A stretch of DNA of 61,607 nt, filler included, from Bdellovibrionota bacterium (GCA_963169515.1; 5 parts of 5 records of this genome joined end to end with filler, not necessarily neighbours in it); one strand, 5' to 3'. Numbered from the whole stretch's first letter, positions 19,782 through 29,566 are shown. Numbers and translations: made by a program. The notes: generated by a model from the letters alone, not told the origin.

Positions 19782-20338
19782 GATGCCTTCCTTTCAGTAA
19801 TATGGATAATTTCATTTTCAGTCACAACGATATCCATTTTTATATCGTGTGCTTCGGCCGGAAGATCGGTATCAGAAATCTGTACCGAATAGGCCACCCC
19901 AATTTTGGTTCCCTGATAATTTTTTAGTGTTTTATCAAAGAATCCCTTCCCAGATCCCAGACGATGACCTTTGCGGTCAAACGCGATCCCGGGAACTAAG
20001 ACGCCTCTTAAATTTTTAAGAGGGATTTTTATTGAATTTTGACCAGGTTCGCGAATGTTATATTCATTCTTATCCCAGCCAGATGTGGGCGTACAAAAAT
20101 CTAAGATTTCTCCGTTAATCTTCGGATAAGCCCATTTGACACTCCAAGACAACGATGCATCATCTGATTGCGGATCGGCCTCTGAGCCATAGGGCAAATA
20201 GCTGCCCCAAAAAGTATCCGCTGGACCGATGACCTGCATTAATTTTTGTGCTAATTTTTTCGATGCCTCTGGATGACTCTCAAAAAAAAGATCACGAACA
20301 TTTTTGAACCGCTTGCGCAGTTCTGACTTGGTTAACAT
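19778..20338 (-). CDS. ygfA: 5-formyltetrahydrofolate cyclo-ligase
   Basis: KSELR, IREP, LVPGIAFDRKGHRLGSGKGFFD, HDIKMD. Confidence 0.93.
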   Translation of the reverse strand: MLTKSELRKRFKNVRDLFFESHPEASKKLAQKLMQVIGPADTFWGSYLPYGSEADPQSDDASLSWSVKWAYPKINGEILDFCTPTSGWDKNEYNIREPGQNSIKIPLKNLRGVLVPGIAFDRKGHRLGSGKGFFDKTLKNYQGTKIGVAYSVQISDTDLPAEAHDIKMDIVVTENEIIHITERKAS

Positions 20339-20358
20339 GACAAACTCAAATTCCTACG

Positions 20359-20679
20359 TTAGTGGTCAAGCCCCAATTGGGACTCGTAGGAACTCTCGAA
20401 ACGAGTAAGAATGTTCGCGGCCTTTTCTTCGACTTTTTCCAGTTCAGATAATAGTTGTTTTTTAAGTAATAGCTGCTCTTCGGCAATGTTTAAACACGCG
20501 AGTAGCGCAGCTGTTTGAATGGAATCATTTTTTGTCAAAGGTAATGCTTCTTTAATCTTTTGATTAACCTGTTGGATTACTTTGTTTACGAATTCGGCGT
20601 CGTGGGAAGACTTAAGTCTTAAACGTATCCCCGCGATTTCAACATCATAAATTCTGTCTTTTTTTCCTGTAATCGCCAC
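20359..20679 (-). CDS. zapA: cell division protein ZapA
   Basis: VEIAG..LRLKS, ALLACLNIAEE; canonical position before ygfA-rny. Confidence 0.9.
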   Translation of the reverse strand: MAITGKKDRIYDVEIAGIRLRLKSSHDAEFVNKVIQQVNQKIKEALPLTKNDSIQTAALLACLNIAEEQLLLKKQLLSELEKVEEKAANILTRFESSYESQLGLDH

Positions 20680-20749
20680 GAATATATTCCCCGTATCAAG
20701 AGTCCTATTTATTTAATAAATCTCATGTTTTCCTAAAATTTACAACGAG

Positions 20750-20830
20750 CCTAAGGTACCCACTCACTTTTGGCGTAACGCCGCTTCATTATGGGGCGGC
20801 GTTACGCCAAAAGTGAGTGGGTACCTTAGG
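20750..20830. repeat. perfect inverted repeat, 35-bp arms with 11-bp spacer (REP/MITE-like)
   Basis: 20750-20784 CCTAAGGTACCCACTCACTTTTGGCGTAACGCCGC is the exact reverse complement of 20796-20830. Confidence 0.95.
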
Positions 20831-22436
20831 TCTTAGCTAAAGAATAAGCATAATTTGTTAAGAGCCCCACTATTCTTCTGAAATCACTTAACAAATCTAA
20901 ATGTATCGAGCTTGTGTTAATACTTTCAGCAAAGCCTCTGTTCAGACGATCGATGTGGGACTCTTTTAAATGCAATTCAAATTTTCTCAATTCACGTTTC
21001 TTTTCGATAACGCGAATAGCCAATTCTCTGTCTTGCAAGTGAAAACAAGATAGCGACATAGTTGCGGCCTCGACCACACGGGCATGCATTTCTTTAATCT
21101 CACTCCAACCTTCGCCACTAAATTCCAGCTTCAGTGCCTGCTTCTTTTTTGCCAGAACAAGAAGGCCATTATCAATAACATCGCCAGCATGTTCCAGATC
21201 GCTAATATAAGTAATCAAGCGCACTATCGGCTTACCCAAATCCTGAGACTTGTCTGCCATATGCGCAAGGTAAAGTTTGATTTCCCTTTGTAACATATCC
21301 ACCTGATTATCTCGATTTTTGATACTTTCATATAGGTCCGGATCATCTTCCCTGAAAAGCTCAATCGAATCCTTTAGCATCCCAAGAACGATATCCCCCA
21401 TTCGAAGGGCTTCACGGCGAGCTTGCGCGTACGCAAGTTCAGCGCTTTCGTAAGTTTCCATATTAATAAATTCGGTTTTAAAATCCTTTTCGTCTGAAGA
21501 TTTGGGAAACATATTTTGAATCAACCGAGACGCAGGGTTAATCAATGGATAAAATATTAATGCTGACAAAATATTTAAAAATGTATGTGCGTTTGCGATG
21601 CCTCGGACAACATCAGTATTCCATTGCAAAAAAAACTCAGCGATATATGGGGTGAAAAAGAAAAAAATAAAAAAGGCACCAAATTTGTAAAAGAAATGGG
21701 CCCAAGCAACTTGCTTACCAATGTAATTCGATCCCACTGCAGCAATCAATGCCGTCGCCGTGGTACCAACATTTGCCCCGTATATCCAGTAGAGGGAGTC
21801 GTGAAAAGTGATTACATCTGATGTTGCTAAACTCATCGCAAGGCCGATCGTAACCGCACTGCTGTTCACAAGCGCCGTAAAAAGTGTTGTGACGATAACG
21901 GCCGCCAAAGGGTTTTTATTCAGCTCAATAAAGGCGTCCATTACATAGTGATAATTCTTTAAAATAGCAGTTCCCGAAGCCATCAGCTCAAGACCATAGA
22001 AAACCATTCCAAATCCAACAAAAATCCCACAAATATCTTTGAAAATCCTTTTTTTTGCCGCGAAATAAAAAATGTAAGCCACGGCGAAAATTGCCAACCC
22101 ATATTGATTAATATCAAAAGAAATCAGCTGTACAGTAAAGGTACTGCCGATCGCAGTACCTACGATAACTCCCATCACTTGGGTCAGCGTACAGACTTCG
22201 GCGGTTCCCAAACCCACAAGCATACTCGTAACTGCGCCCGAGCTTTGCAGTATTAGGGTCATGGTGATTCCAACAATTATGGCAAGATACTGCCGGTCTG
22301 ATATTTGGTTAAAAAGTTTTCGAATTCGATTTGATCCCAAGCGCTGAAGGCAATCCCCCGCAAAAATCATTCCGAAGCGAAATAATGCCAACCCACCTAA
22401 AATAAATCCAACCGCACCGTGATTTTCAAGGTTCAT
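20826..22436 (-). CDS. Na+/phosphate cotransporter with PhoU-like C-terminus
   Basis: QSSGA and NSSA repeats, GANVGTT, AHTFLN, TSSIHLD. Confidence 0.92.
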   Translation of the reverse strand: MNLENHGAVGFILGGLALFRFGMIFAGDCLQRLGSNRIRKLFNQISDRQYLAIIVGITMTLILQSSGAVTSMLVGLGTAEVCTLTQVMGVIVGTAIGSTFTVQLISFDINQYGLAIFAVAYIFYFAAKKRIFKDICGIFVGFGMVFYGLELMASGTAILKNYHYVMDAFIELNKNPLAAVIVTTLFTALVNSSAVTIGLAMSLATSDVITFHDSLYWIYGANVGTTATALIAAVGSNYIGKQVAWAHFFYKFGAFFIFFFFTPYIAEFFLQWNTDVVRGIANAHTFLNILSALIFYPLINPASRLIQNMFPKSSDEKDFKTEFINMETYESAELAYAQARREALRMGDIVLGMLKDSIELFREDDPDLYESIKNRDNQVDMLQREIKLYLAHMADKSQDLGKPIVRLITYISDLEHAGDVIDNGLLVLAKKKQALKLEFSGEGWSEIKEMHARVVEAATMSLSCFHLQDRELAIRVIEKKRELRKFELHLKESHIDRLNRGFAESINTSSIHLDLLSDFRRIVGLLTNYAYSLAKT

Positions 22437-22482
22437 CCTATAATGAGGTTAATTTTATTGCGTTAGGCAAGCAATGGTTTTG

Positions 22483-23526
22483 TTAGATTATAGAGTTGAT
22501 AAACTTTTCCGATTCAAATGGGCGCAAATCTTCCATCTTTTCGCCGACGCCAATAAGCTTGATCGGCACTTTGAGTTCATTAACAACTCCAATTGCAACG
22601 CCGCCCTTAGCGGTGCCGTCAAGTTTAGTTAAAATCACACCCGTTAGGCCCAAGGCCTCATGGAATTGCCGCGCTTGCATCAGTGCGTTCTGGCCTGAAT
22701 TTGCATCCAATACGATCAACACCTCATGAGGCGCACTCGCGTTTTGATTTGACATGACTCGCTTTACCTTTTTCAGCTCTTCCATCAAATGACTTTGCGT
22801 ATGAAGACGACCAGCCGTATCAACAAGCAAAACATCCATGCCCTTTTGCATGGCCACTTTCACGGCATCAAATGCCACTGCACTAGGACTATCCACACCA
22901 GGAGGCGAAAAATACTCCACGCCCGATCGCTCAGCCCATACCTGCAGCTGATCTTTTGCTGCAGCCCTAAATGTGTCACCCGCTGCAACCATTACTTTGA
23001 GCCCTGCGGAAGAAAGTCTATGGGCCAACTTTCCAATCGTCGTTGTTTTGCCCGCGCCATTAACCCCAACAATCATCCAAATTTGCGGAGTGGGCGGCTT
23101 ACCGCCGTCTAAATAATTTAGATGCGGGTTTACGCTCTGAAAAATCTCCTGCATTTCATTTTTGAAGGTGGCTTTTATTGCCTCAAGAGAAATTTTATTT
23201 TCTGATCCCAAAACACCAAGGAATCTCTGAACTGTTTTTGGGCCCAAGTCGCTTGTATAAAGAACTTCTTCAATTTCTTCGAGTTGATTTGATGACACCT
23301 CTGGATTTTCAAAAATATTTTTAATTTTACCAAAAAAGCTGGAGCGTGTGTTTTTTAATGCTTCTTCAAGCGTAACAAGTTTTTCACGTTCCTTAGATGT
23401 CGGCTTGCTTACTTCTGGTGGACGCTTTTTTTTAAGCCAAACGAAGCCAACTATTAAAGCAGCTATTAAAATGGCTATTAATACCAGCAGTGCTGCCACA
23501 TAAAACTCAAACGGGTAATTTCCCAT
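22483..23526 (-). CDS. ftsY: SRP receptor FtsY with N-terminal transmembrane anchor
   Basis: GVNGAGKTT, DTFRAAA, DTAGR, TKLDGTAKGG, GVGE. Confidence 0.96.
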   Translation of the reverse strand: MGNYPFEFYVAALLVLIAILIAALIVGFVWLKKKRPPEVSKPTSKEREKLVTLEEALKNTRSSFFGKIKNIFENPEVSSNQLEEIEEVLYTSDLGPKTVQRFLGVLGSENKISLEAIKATFKNEMQEIFQSVNPHLNYLDGGKPPTPQIWMIVGVNGAGKTTTIGKLAHRLSSAGLKVMVAAGDTFRAAAKDQLQVWAERSGVEYFSPPGVDSPSAVAFDAVKVAMQKGMDVLLVDTAGRLHTQSHLMEELKKVKRVMSNQNASAPHEVLIVLDANSGQNALMQARQFHEALGLTGVILTKLDGTAKGGVAIGVVNELKVPIKLIGVGEKMEDLRPFESEKFINSII

Positions 23527-23655
23527 GCATGAGACTTATCTTAGTTAGGCCAACTTTTCAATTGCGAATGCTGAGAACAGGTGACGACCCGAAAGCCTGT
23601 TTACCCAGTCAAGCGCTGACAGCCGTGCAACTCTCTCTAGAGACGAAGCTTTGCA

Positions 23656-24008
23656 TTATTTGTGGAGCTCGCGCCAGGAATTGAGGTTCTCTTGCGAAAC
23701 AGGTTTTCCGTTACCCCAACGCAGGCGGAGAAAGGTCAAAAGACTTAGAACTTCTTGATCAGTCAGCTTGTTTTGAAATGCAGGCATCTCTGGATATCCG
23801 TCATTAGCAGGAACTCCAATCAATACAACATTCAATAAATTAGTTGGATTTTCATTCTGCAAAATCGAATTATCCACAAAAGCTGGCGCCCATCCTGGGC
23901 GACCAGCGCCGTGGGGGTGATGACATCCAGCACAGTTTTGAAGAAAAAGTACACGGGCTTTCCTTAATTGATTTCCCTCATCTGTTATCTCTACAGGCAT
24001 TGATTTAA
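23656..24008 (-). CDS. c-type cytochrome, C-terminal part (5' end lost at contig edge)
   Basis: CAGCH heme motif, MPAF distal Met, LTDQEV...WGN. Confidence 0.8.
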
Positions 24009-24108
24009 NNNNNNNNNNNNNNNNNNNNNNNNNNNNNNNNNNNNNNNNNNNNTTAATTAATTAANNNNNNNNNNNNNNNNNNNNNNNNNNNNNNNNNNNN
24101 NNNNNNNN
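24009..24108. other. artificial contig linker
   Basis: N44-TTAATTAATTAA-N44 (stops in all six frames). Confidence 0.98.
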
Positions 24109-24109
24109 T

Positions 24110-24877
24110 GGAGCCATCAATAATTTCCCATGGTTTGATTCAAACTTTGAAATAATCGAGCCCCAACACATTGACAATTCTGCGTTTGGAAAAACAATTT
24201 TAAAGCTTGATGAGCTTGCGTTTGGTATGGCGGGGATGACAACGCCACCTTGGGTTTTTTATGACTGCGGGGTAATGCCAGGGATTGTTGTGGGGTATGC
24301 GGCTAGAACGGCTTGGCTTCCAGATACGTTTCGGACCAAATTGAATATCCTGCCGGGGCAGGAATGGGCCCCAATATCATTGTTCATTGCAATTCCAACT
24401 GTGTCACCGAACACATGGATGTCACACAATCTGGCATCGACAAATAGTTTTATGGAAAAAGAAGAGCAGTTTAAGCATTTAGGTTTTTTCACAAAAGCGT
24501 TTGGCTTGTGGTATGCCAACATTGAGCGTTCTTATGGGATTACCCAATGGCATAGCCCCGCGTTGAAACTTCACCCCAACTATGGCGATTTTGAGCTATG
24601 TACGACCTATACCCCGCTACACGATTATCCAAACTCTGTGACTTATTGTTTAACTGTAAATTCAGCGGATTGGTTTCGAATCGTGGATCGTGATAAAATC
24701 CCATCTCGGTTTTTAGAAAGATTCGAAGCGGCCAGGACGCTTGACCCAAAAGACCATGAAGCCCTAAAAACCGTACAGAGGACATTAGAACAAAAAAAAC
24801 ACCGTTTTTATCTGTGGGGTCGGGAAATCTTGCAAAAAAAAATCGGTGACCCACTTACACTTTACACAAAAAAATGA
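24110..24877 (+). CDS. hypothetical protein, 5'-partial
   Basis: Frame is open from the contig edge (24110) through ATG 24227; ATGA overlap with the helicase. Confidence 0.75.
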   Translation, partial: GAINNFPWFDSNFEIIEPQHIDNSAFGKTILKLDELAFGMAGMTTPPWVFYDCGVMPGIVVGYAARTAWLPDTFRTKLNILPGQEWAPISLFIAIPTVSPNTWMSHNLASTNSFMEKEEQFKHLGFFTKAFGLWYANIERSYGITQWHSPALKLHPNYGDFELCTTYTPLHDYPNSVTYCLTVNSADWFRIVDRDKIPSRFLERFEAARTLDPKDHEALKTVQRTLEQKKHRFYLWGREILQKKIGDPLTLYTKK

Positions 24878-26841
24878 ATCTAACGACTGAGCAGCAAAGG
24901 GCTGTGAATCATAACTACGGGCCTATGCTTATATTGGCTGGTGCTGGGTCAGGGAAAACTACAACTTTGGTTTCAAGGGTTATAAGGTTGGTTAAAGAAA
25001 AAATTGCAAAGCCACAAGAAATCTGTCTTCTGACATTTACAAACAAAGCGGCTAGGGAGATGAGGGGACGGATTGAAGCCCGCGTGCAGGGACAAAGCAA
25101 TATATGGGCGGGCACATTTCACTCATTCGGGCTTGAAATTTTGAGACGGAATTACAAGGTGGCGGGACTTCCAAAATATTTTGGAGTGCTGGACACAGCT
25201 GACGCTAGCCAGATTGTACGGGAGCTTTTGAGGACCCTGAGTGTTCCTAATAAAAATGCGTTCGACGACAAAAGATTGCTGACATACATGAGCCGAGCCC
25301 GGGAAGGCATATCGTATATAGCCGAAGATGATTATAAACTTGCAGTCGAATGGCTTATGCCAAAATTTGAAAAGAAAAAGGCGATATTGGGTGTCGTTGA
25401 TTTTGATGATTTGATTATAAAACCGTATCAGCTATTGCGGAAAAATATTGCCGTATTGGAGACTGAGCAAAACCGTATAAATCAGCTGATGATTGATGAA
25501 TTTCAAGACACAAACACAGCGCAAATGAAATTGGTCGATCTGTTAGTGGCCCCACATAAAAACCTAACAGTAGTTGGCGACGACGATCAGTCTATTTACG
25601 GGTGGCGGGGGGCACAAGTTTCAAACATCTTGGGGTTTCCTAAAAAATTTAAAGACTGCATTACTGTTCGGTTGGAAGAAAACTATCGTTCTTCAAAAAC
25701 AATCATTGATCTGGCAAACCATGTTATCCAACAGAACAAAAAACGGCACGAGAAAATTTTAAAGCCAATGCGTGATTTTAAGCCGCAGGTCCCAGAAATT
25801 TTTGCTTTTGAAACAGACAATGATGAGGTCGATGGTGTAATTCGAGAAATTTATAACTTTAAAAACGTGGATAATTTTGAATTCAAAGATATTGCGGTTT
25901 TTTACCGCTCCAATACCCAAGGTGCAGTTTTAGAGGGTGAACTTAAAACTAAGGGAATTCCCTATACCATTAGCGGCGGGACAAGTTTTTTAGAGCGGAA
26001 AGAGGTTAAAGACACCTTGGCCTATATTCGTTGCGCTTTTAGGCCTAACGACGTCGCATATAGAAGGATTTTTAATACACCAGCACGGGGATTGGGCGAT
26101 GTTACATTTGAAAATCTCCATGAACTGTCCCAGAGGCGAAACATAACATTTTTTGAGCAAGCTCGAAATTGGAAATCCGCAGGAATTCCAGACCGTTCTG
26201 GCGCCAGTATCGAAAAACTCAATATTGCTCTTAGAAACTTGAAAGATGAATTACTAAATCCAAACAATCAAAATGTAGGGGATATCCTGGTTCGCTTTAT
26301 GAGAGAACTGGGTTTTCGAGAAATGATTTATAACACAACAAAAGAGCCTCTTGTTGCCCAGAAAAAATGGCAGTGGATTGAAATATTAGGAACAATTTTA
26401 ACCAAATCAATTAAAAATTTTCCGCCGAAGCAAAAAGACTATGATGAATTTTTATCGTACATGGAATTAAGGGATACAGAAGATGAGAAAAGCAGCGGGG
26501 TGAATTTGATGACTCTCCATTCATCCAAGGGGCTTGAATTTCCTGCGGTAGTGATTGTTGGCGTTGAAGAAGATCTAATCCCACATAAAACTTTAGGGAC
26601 AGATATTGATGAAGAGCGGAAGCTTTTTTACGTGGGCATTACACGTGCGCAGAAACGGTTAATACTGACACATTCTAAAAAAAGAAGTGTTCACAATCAA
26701 CTTAAGCCTCGAATCCCATCACGTTTTATTAGTCAATTAGACAAGAATCTCGTCCACTTCTTCCCTGAAGGCATCCGCCCTGTCAGCGGTGCTGAGCGGA
26801 AGCAACTGCTTGCAGATTTGTATAAGAAACTAGATGGATAA
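24874..26841 (+). CDS. UvrD/Rep/PcrA superfamily 1 DNA helicase
   Basis: AGAGSGKT, TFTNKAA, DEFQDTN, VGDDDQSIY, NYRS, TLHSSKGLEF, YVGITRA. Confidence 0.95.
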   Translation: MNLTTEQQRAVNHNYGPMLILAGAGSGKTTTLVSRVIRLVKEKIAKPQEICLLTFTNKAAREMRGRIEARVQGQSNIWAGTFHSFGLEILRRNYKVAGLPKYFGVLDTADASQIVRELLRTLSVPNKNAFDDKRLLTYMSRAREGISYIAEDDYKLAVEWLMPKFEKKKAILGVVDFDDLIIKPYQLLRKNIAVLETEQNRINQLMIDEFQDTNTAQMKLVDLLVAPHKNLTVVGDDDQSIYGWRGAQVSNILGFPKKFKDCITVRLEENYRSSKTIIDLANHVIQQNKKRHEKILKPMRDFKPQVPEIFAFETDNDEVDGVIREIYNFKNVDNFEFKDIAVFYRSNTQGAVLEGELKTKGIPYTISGGTSFLERKEVKDTLAYIRCAFRPNDVAYRRIFNTPARGLGDVTFENLHELSQRRNITFFEQARNWKSAGIPDRSGASIEKLNIALRNLKDELLNPNNQNVGDILVRFMRELGFREMIYNTTKEPLVAQKKWQWIEILGTILTKSIKNFPPKQKDYDEFLSYMELRDTEDEKSSGVNLMTLHSSKGLEFPAVVIVGVEEDLIPHKTLGTDIDEERKLFYVGITRAQKRLILTHSKKRSVHNQLKPRIPSRFISQLDKNLVHFFPEGIRPVSGAERKQLLADLYKKLDG

Positions 26842-26873
26842 ATGTAAAAGTTTGTAAGCGAAAATTCCGTGTT

Positions 26874-27431
26874 TCATGTTGTATTGTTTGTCATGACAAA
26901 TTGGTCTAAAAAAGTGTAAATATTTGATCGCGGAGAATATGGCAGATATCCAACAGCCTCTTTAAAATTCTTGGTGATATAGTTACACACTCTTTGGAAG
27001 TCTCGTCCCCAGTTAACCAATCGTGTGAACGGGCGCAAATCCCAAAAATTTGTAGTTTTGCATTTCATCTTAAATTTTAAAGCAATCGTACCCGTGAGTG
27101 CCCGAATAAATCCATTGTATTGTCGGCGGTCTTTAATTCGAATCACCAAGTGAATATGATTTGAATTGATCGCATGCTTATATACTTTCAATCCAAAGCT
27201 TTCAGAAAATGTAAAGATATGCTTGTTTATTGCAGATGTTTCACTTCGAAGGCTAATGCCATTTTTGCAAGCTTTGGATCGTATTGTAAGGTGAACAGCT
27301 TTAGTGGTGCTAAGTGGGCGTTCGAGCTTTCTGTACTGCAGGCTTCCACCGTACAAACGCTTTAGCATAACAATATCCTTTTTAGTCCAGTTTGAATTTT
27401 GTTTGTGGGGGAATAGATTTGTTTGTTTCAT
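26874..27431 (-). mobile_element. Y1 HUH transposase (IS200/IS605 TnpA or REP-associated RAYT-like)
   Basis: VHLTIR, NSNHIHLV HUH motif, FW..RPFTRLV, YI..N catalytic Tyr; no tnpB adjacent. Confidence 0.85.
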
Positions 27432-27738
27432 TCACGGGCAGATTATCTAAAGTATCAATTCAATTCAAGAAAAATGTAGCGATGGTGCTGGATAACGCAT
27501 TGTTTTTGTGAAAAAAACGTTTTGGGAGCATAGATATGGATAATGACAATAAATCTGGCGTGCGATTAGCTCAGTCTACTATCCGCAGTGTTGATGTTCT
27601 CTTGTCCACTTGTCTGTTGAAATGAAATATCAACATGAAGTTCTTCAAAATTGGCTTTCTTTGTAGTAGCTCTTCCCGCAAGGTACTTCTCTGAGAGCTA
27701 CTCGAGATTTTTATAGGGAAACAACTGATTATAGATCT

Positions 27739-29085
27739 CTAAAGATGCTGCTTCAACATGAAACTGAGACGGCTTCTGCGGACTAAGATAAAGAATCTAG
27801 TACTGAGCAAAATGGACGACACCAGCAAAGACAAGGCCAGACCCACCCAAACACCAAGGTGCCTCAGGTTGAAATGAAATGCTAAAATGTAAGCCGTCGG
27901 AAGTCCAATTGCCCAATAAGCAATAAATGTCAAAACTGTCGGCGCACGAACGTCGGACATTCCACGAAGCAAGCCAAGTGCAACCGATTGGACGCCATCA
28001 AACATTTGGAAAAGAGCGGCAACAACAATTAACTGAGATGCGATATGAATCACACCCACTTCTGTCACAAATAACGTAGGCAAAAAATCTTTAAGTACGA
28101 TAAAAGCTAGGCCAAAGAAACCCATCACGCAAATTATAAACACAATAGAACTTTTTCCAATTTCTCTTGCTTCTTGGATATCATTTGCGCCGTGCGCTTG
28201 CCCCAGACGAATGCTTGATGCAATAGACATCCCAAGGGCAAACATAAATGTGATCGAGGCTAAATTAAGTGCAATTTGGTGAGCCGCAAGCTCCGCAGTC
28301 CCCACCCATCCCATTAAAATTCCAGCGCCTACGAAAGCTCCCACTTCAAACAAATATTGGGCCCCGCTGGGCAGGCCAATTTTAAGCGCAAGGATTGCTT
28401 TCTTAAAATCAATGCTTTGTTTGAAATGAGTGAGATAAGGTTTATACCTTGGGCACTTCAAAATATAAATTAATAAGATCAAAGCAGAAATGGTACGGGC
28501 CAAAAAGGTACCGATCCCTGCGCCCACAAGCTCTAAACGCGGGAAACCAAAGTGTCCATATATTAAGAGGTAATTTAATATGACATTAACTAACAGTCCT
28601 GCAATCAAGCACCAACTTCCGGGCTTGGTCATTCCAAGCCCGTCAGAAAATTGCTTTAGAGATTGGAAGATGCAAAGCGGGATAAAGGACCAAATAAGAA
28701 GTTCATAGAAAGGGCGGGCAAGGGTGGTGACTTTTGGCGGCTGCTTGAAAATATCCAGATGAGGCGTCAGCCCTAGCATAAGGATTAGTGTGCCGGCAGT
28801 AATTAATGCCACAATAAAAAAGCCATTCCACAAAACTTTGCCACATTCTTTATGTTTTCCAGCCCCATAGTTTTGCGATACTAATACTGATATGGAAACA
28901 GTAACACCAATTAAAAATACCATTGGGATTTGAAAAACCATGTTTCCAAAGGCGCTGGCTGCTAAATAAGTTGCTCCGATGTGGCCGACCATCACAGAGT
29001 CTATGAAGTTCATTAGCATCTGCCCGACGTGGCCAATTATAATAGGAATTGCCAGCGGAACGGTCTTCTTAAGTTGTTGAAGCAT
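27739..29085 (-). CDS. MATE-family efflux transporter (NorM-like)
   Basis: DSVMVGH, LAAHQIALN, DGVQ...LRG; about 12 TM helices. Confidence 0.93.
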   Translation of the reverse strand: MLQQLKKTVPLAIPIIIGHVGQMLMNFIDSVMVGHIGATYLAASAFGNMVFQIPMVFLIGVTVSISVLVSQNYGAGKHKECGKVLWNGFFIVALITAGTLILMLGLTPHLDIFKQPPKVTTLARPFYELLIWSFIPLCIFQSLKQFSDGLGMTKPGSWCLIAGLLVNVILNYLLIYGHFGFPRLELVGAGIGTFLARTISALILLIYILKCPRYKPYLTHFKQSIDFKKAILALKIGLPSGAQYLFEVGAFVGAGILMGWVGTAELAAHQIALNLASITFMFALGMSIASSIRLGQAHGANDIQEAREIGKSSIVFIICVMGFFGLAFIVLKDFLPTLFVTEVGVIHIASQLIVVAALFQMFDGVQSVALGLLRGMSDVRAPTVLTFIAYWAIGLPTAYILAFHFNLRHLGVWVGLALSLLVSSILLSTRFFILVRRSRLSFMLKQHL

Positions 29086-29169
29086 AAGTTTACTTTTGGT
29101 TGCGGATTATTTATATTAATGCAAAGGTATCTGTCCTACTCGATTGCACAGTGAGTAACAAGGAAAAAT

Positions 29170-29487
29170 ATGAAAAACTTAGGGTTGAAAATTAAAATAG
29201 ATTTAGAGCTTGAATTTGCTCCCTATTTTATGAAGGTTGAAAATATTAGCCATATGCACAGTACACCTCACGGGGCGGAAACGCATTTTGCTATCCACGT
29301 GGTATCAGACAAATTTAACGGAAAAAAAAGAATAGAACGGCAGCGGCTAGTGCATGATGTTTTGCTGCCTTTGCAAATGCTCATACATTCAACAACCCAA
29401 AAACTACAGACCAGGGATGAATGGCAAAATATGGGCAGCCCCACAGAGTTTGATCTGCCCGATTGCTTTGGTGGTAGCAAAAAATAA
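29170..29487 (+). CDS. bolA: BolA-family protein
   Basis: ENISHMH, ETHF, VVSDKF, RQRLV, IH. Confidence 0.88.
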   Translation: MKNLGLKIKIDLELEFAPYFMKVENISHMHSTPHGAETHFAIHVVSDKFNGKKRIERQRLVHDVLLPLQMLIHSTTQKLQTRDEWQNMGSPTEFDLPDCFGGSKK

Positions 29488-29566
29488 ATTTTGTCGATTT
29501 CTTCATTGTGGGTTCATCACCCGTTCATTGTACAAATGATATTTTAACCTCAAATGAGGAGGTAAT

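Noticed and set aside
20750..20830. Long hairpin as a displaced 6S RNA or ordinary terminator
   Set aside because: Only 81 nt, perfectly paired with no central bubble, and no U-tract at the stem base
23561..23656. SRP RNA, TPP or c-di-GMP riboswitch upstream of ftsY
   Set aside because: Only fragments match (CTGAGA..ACCC; GCAAAGC); the SRP helix-8 motif and riboswitch cores are absent
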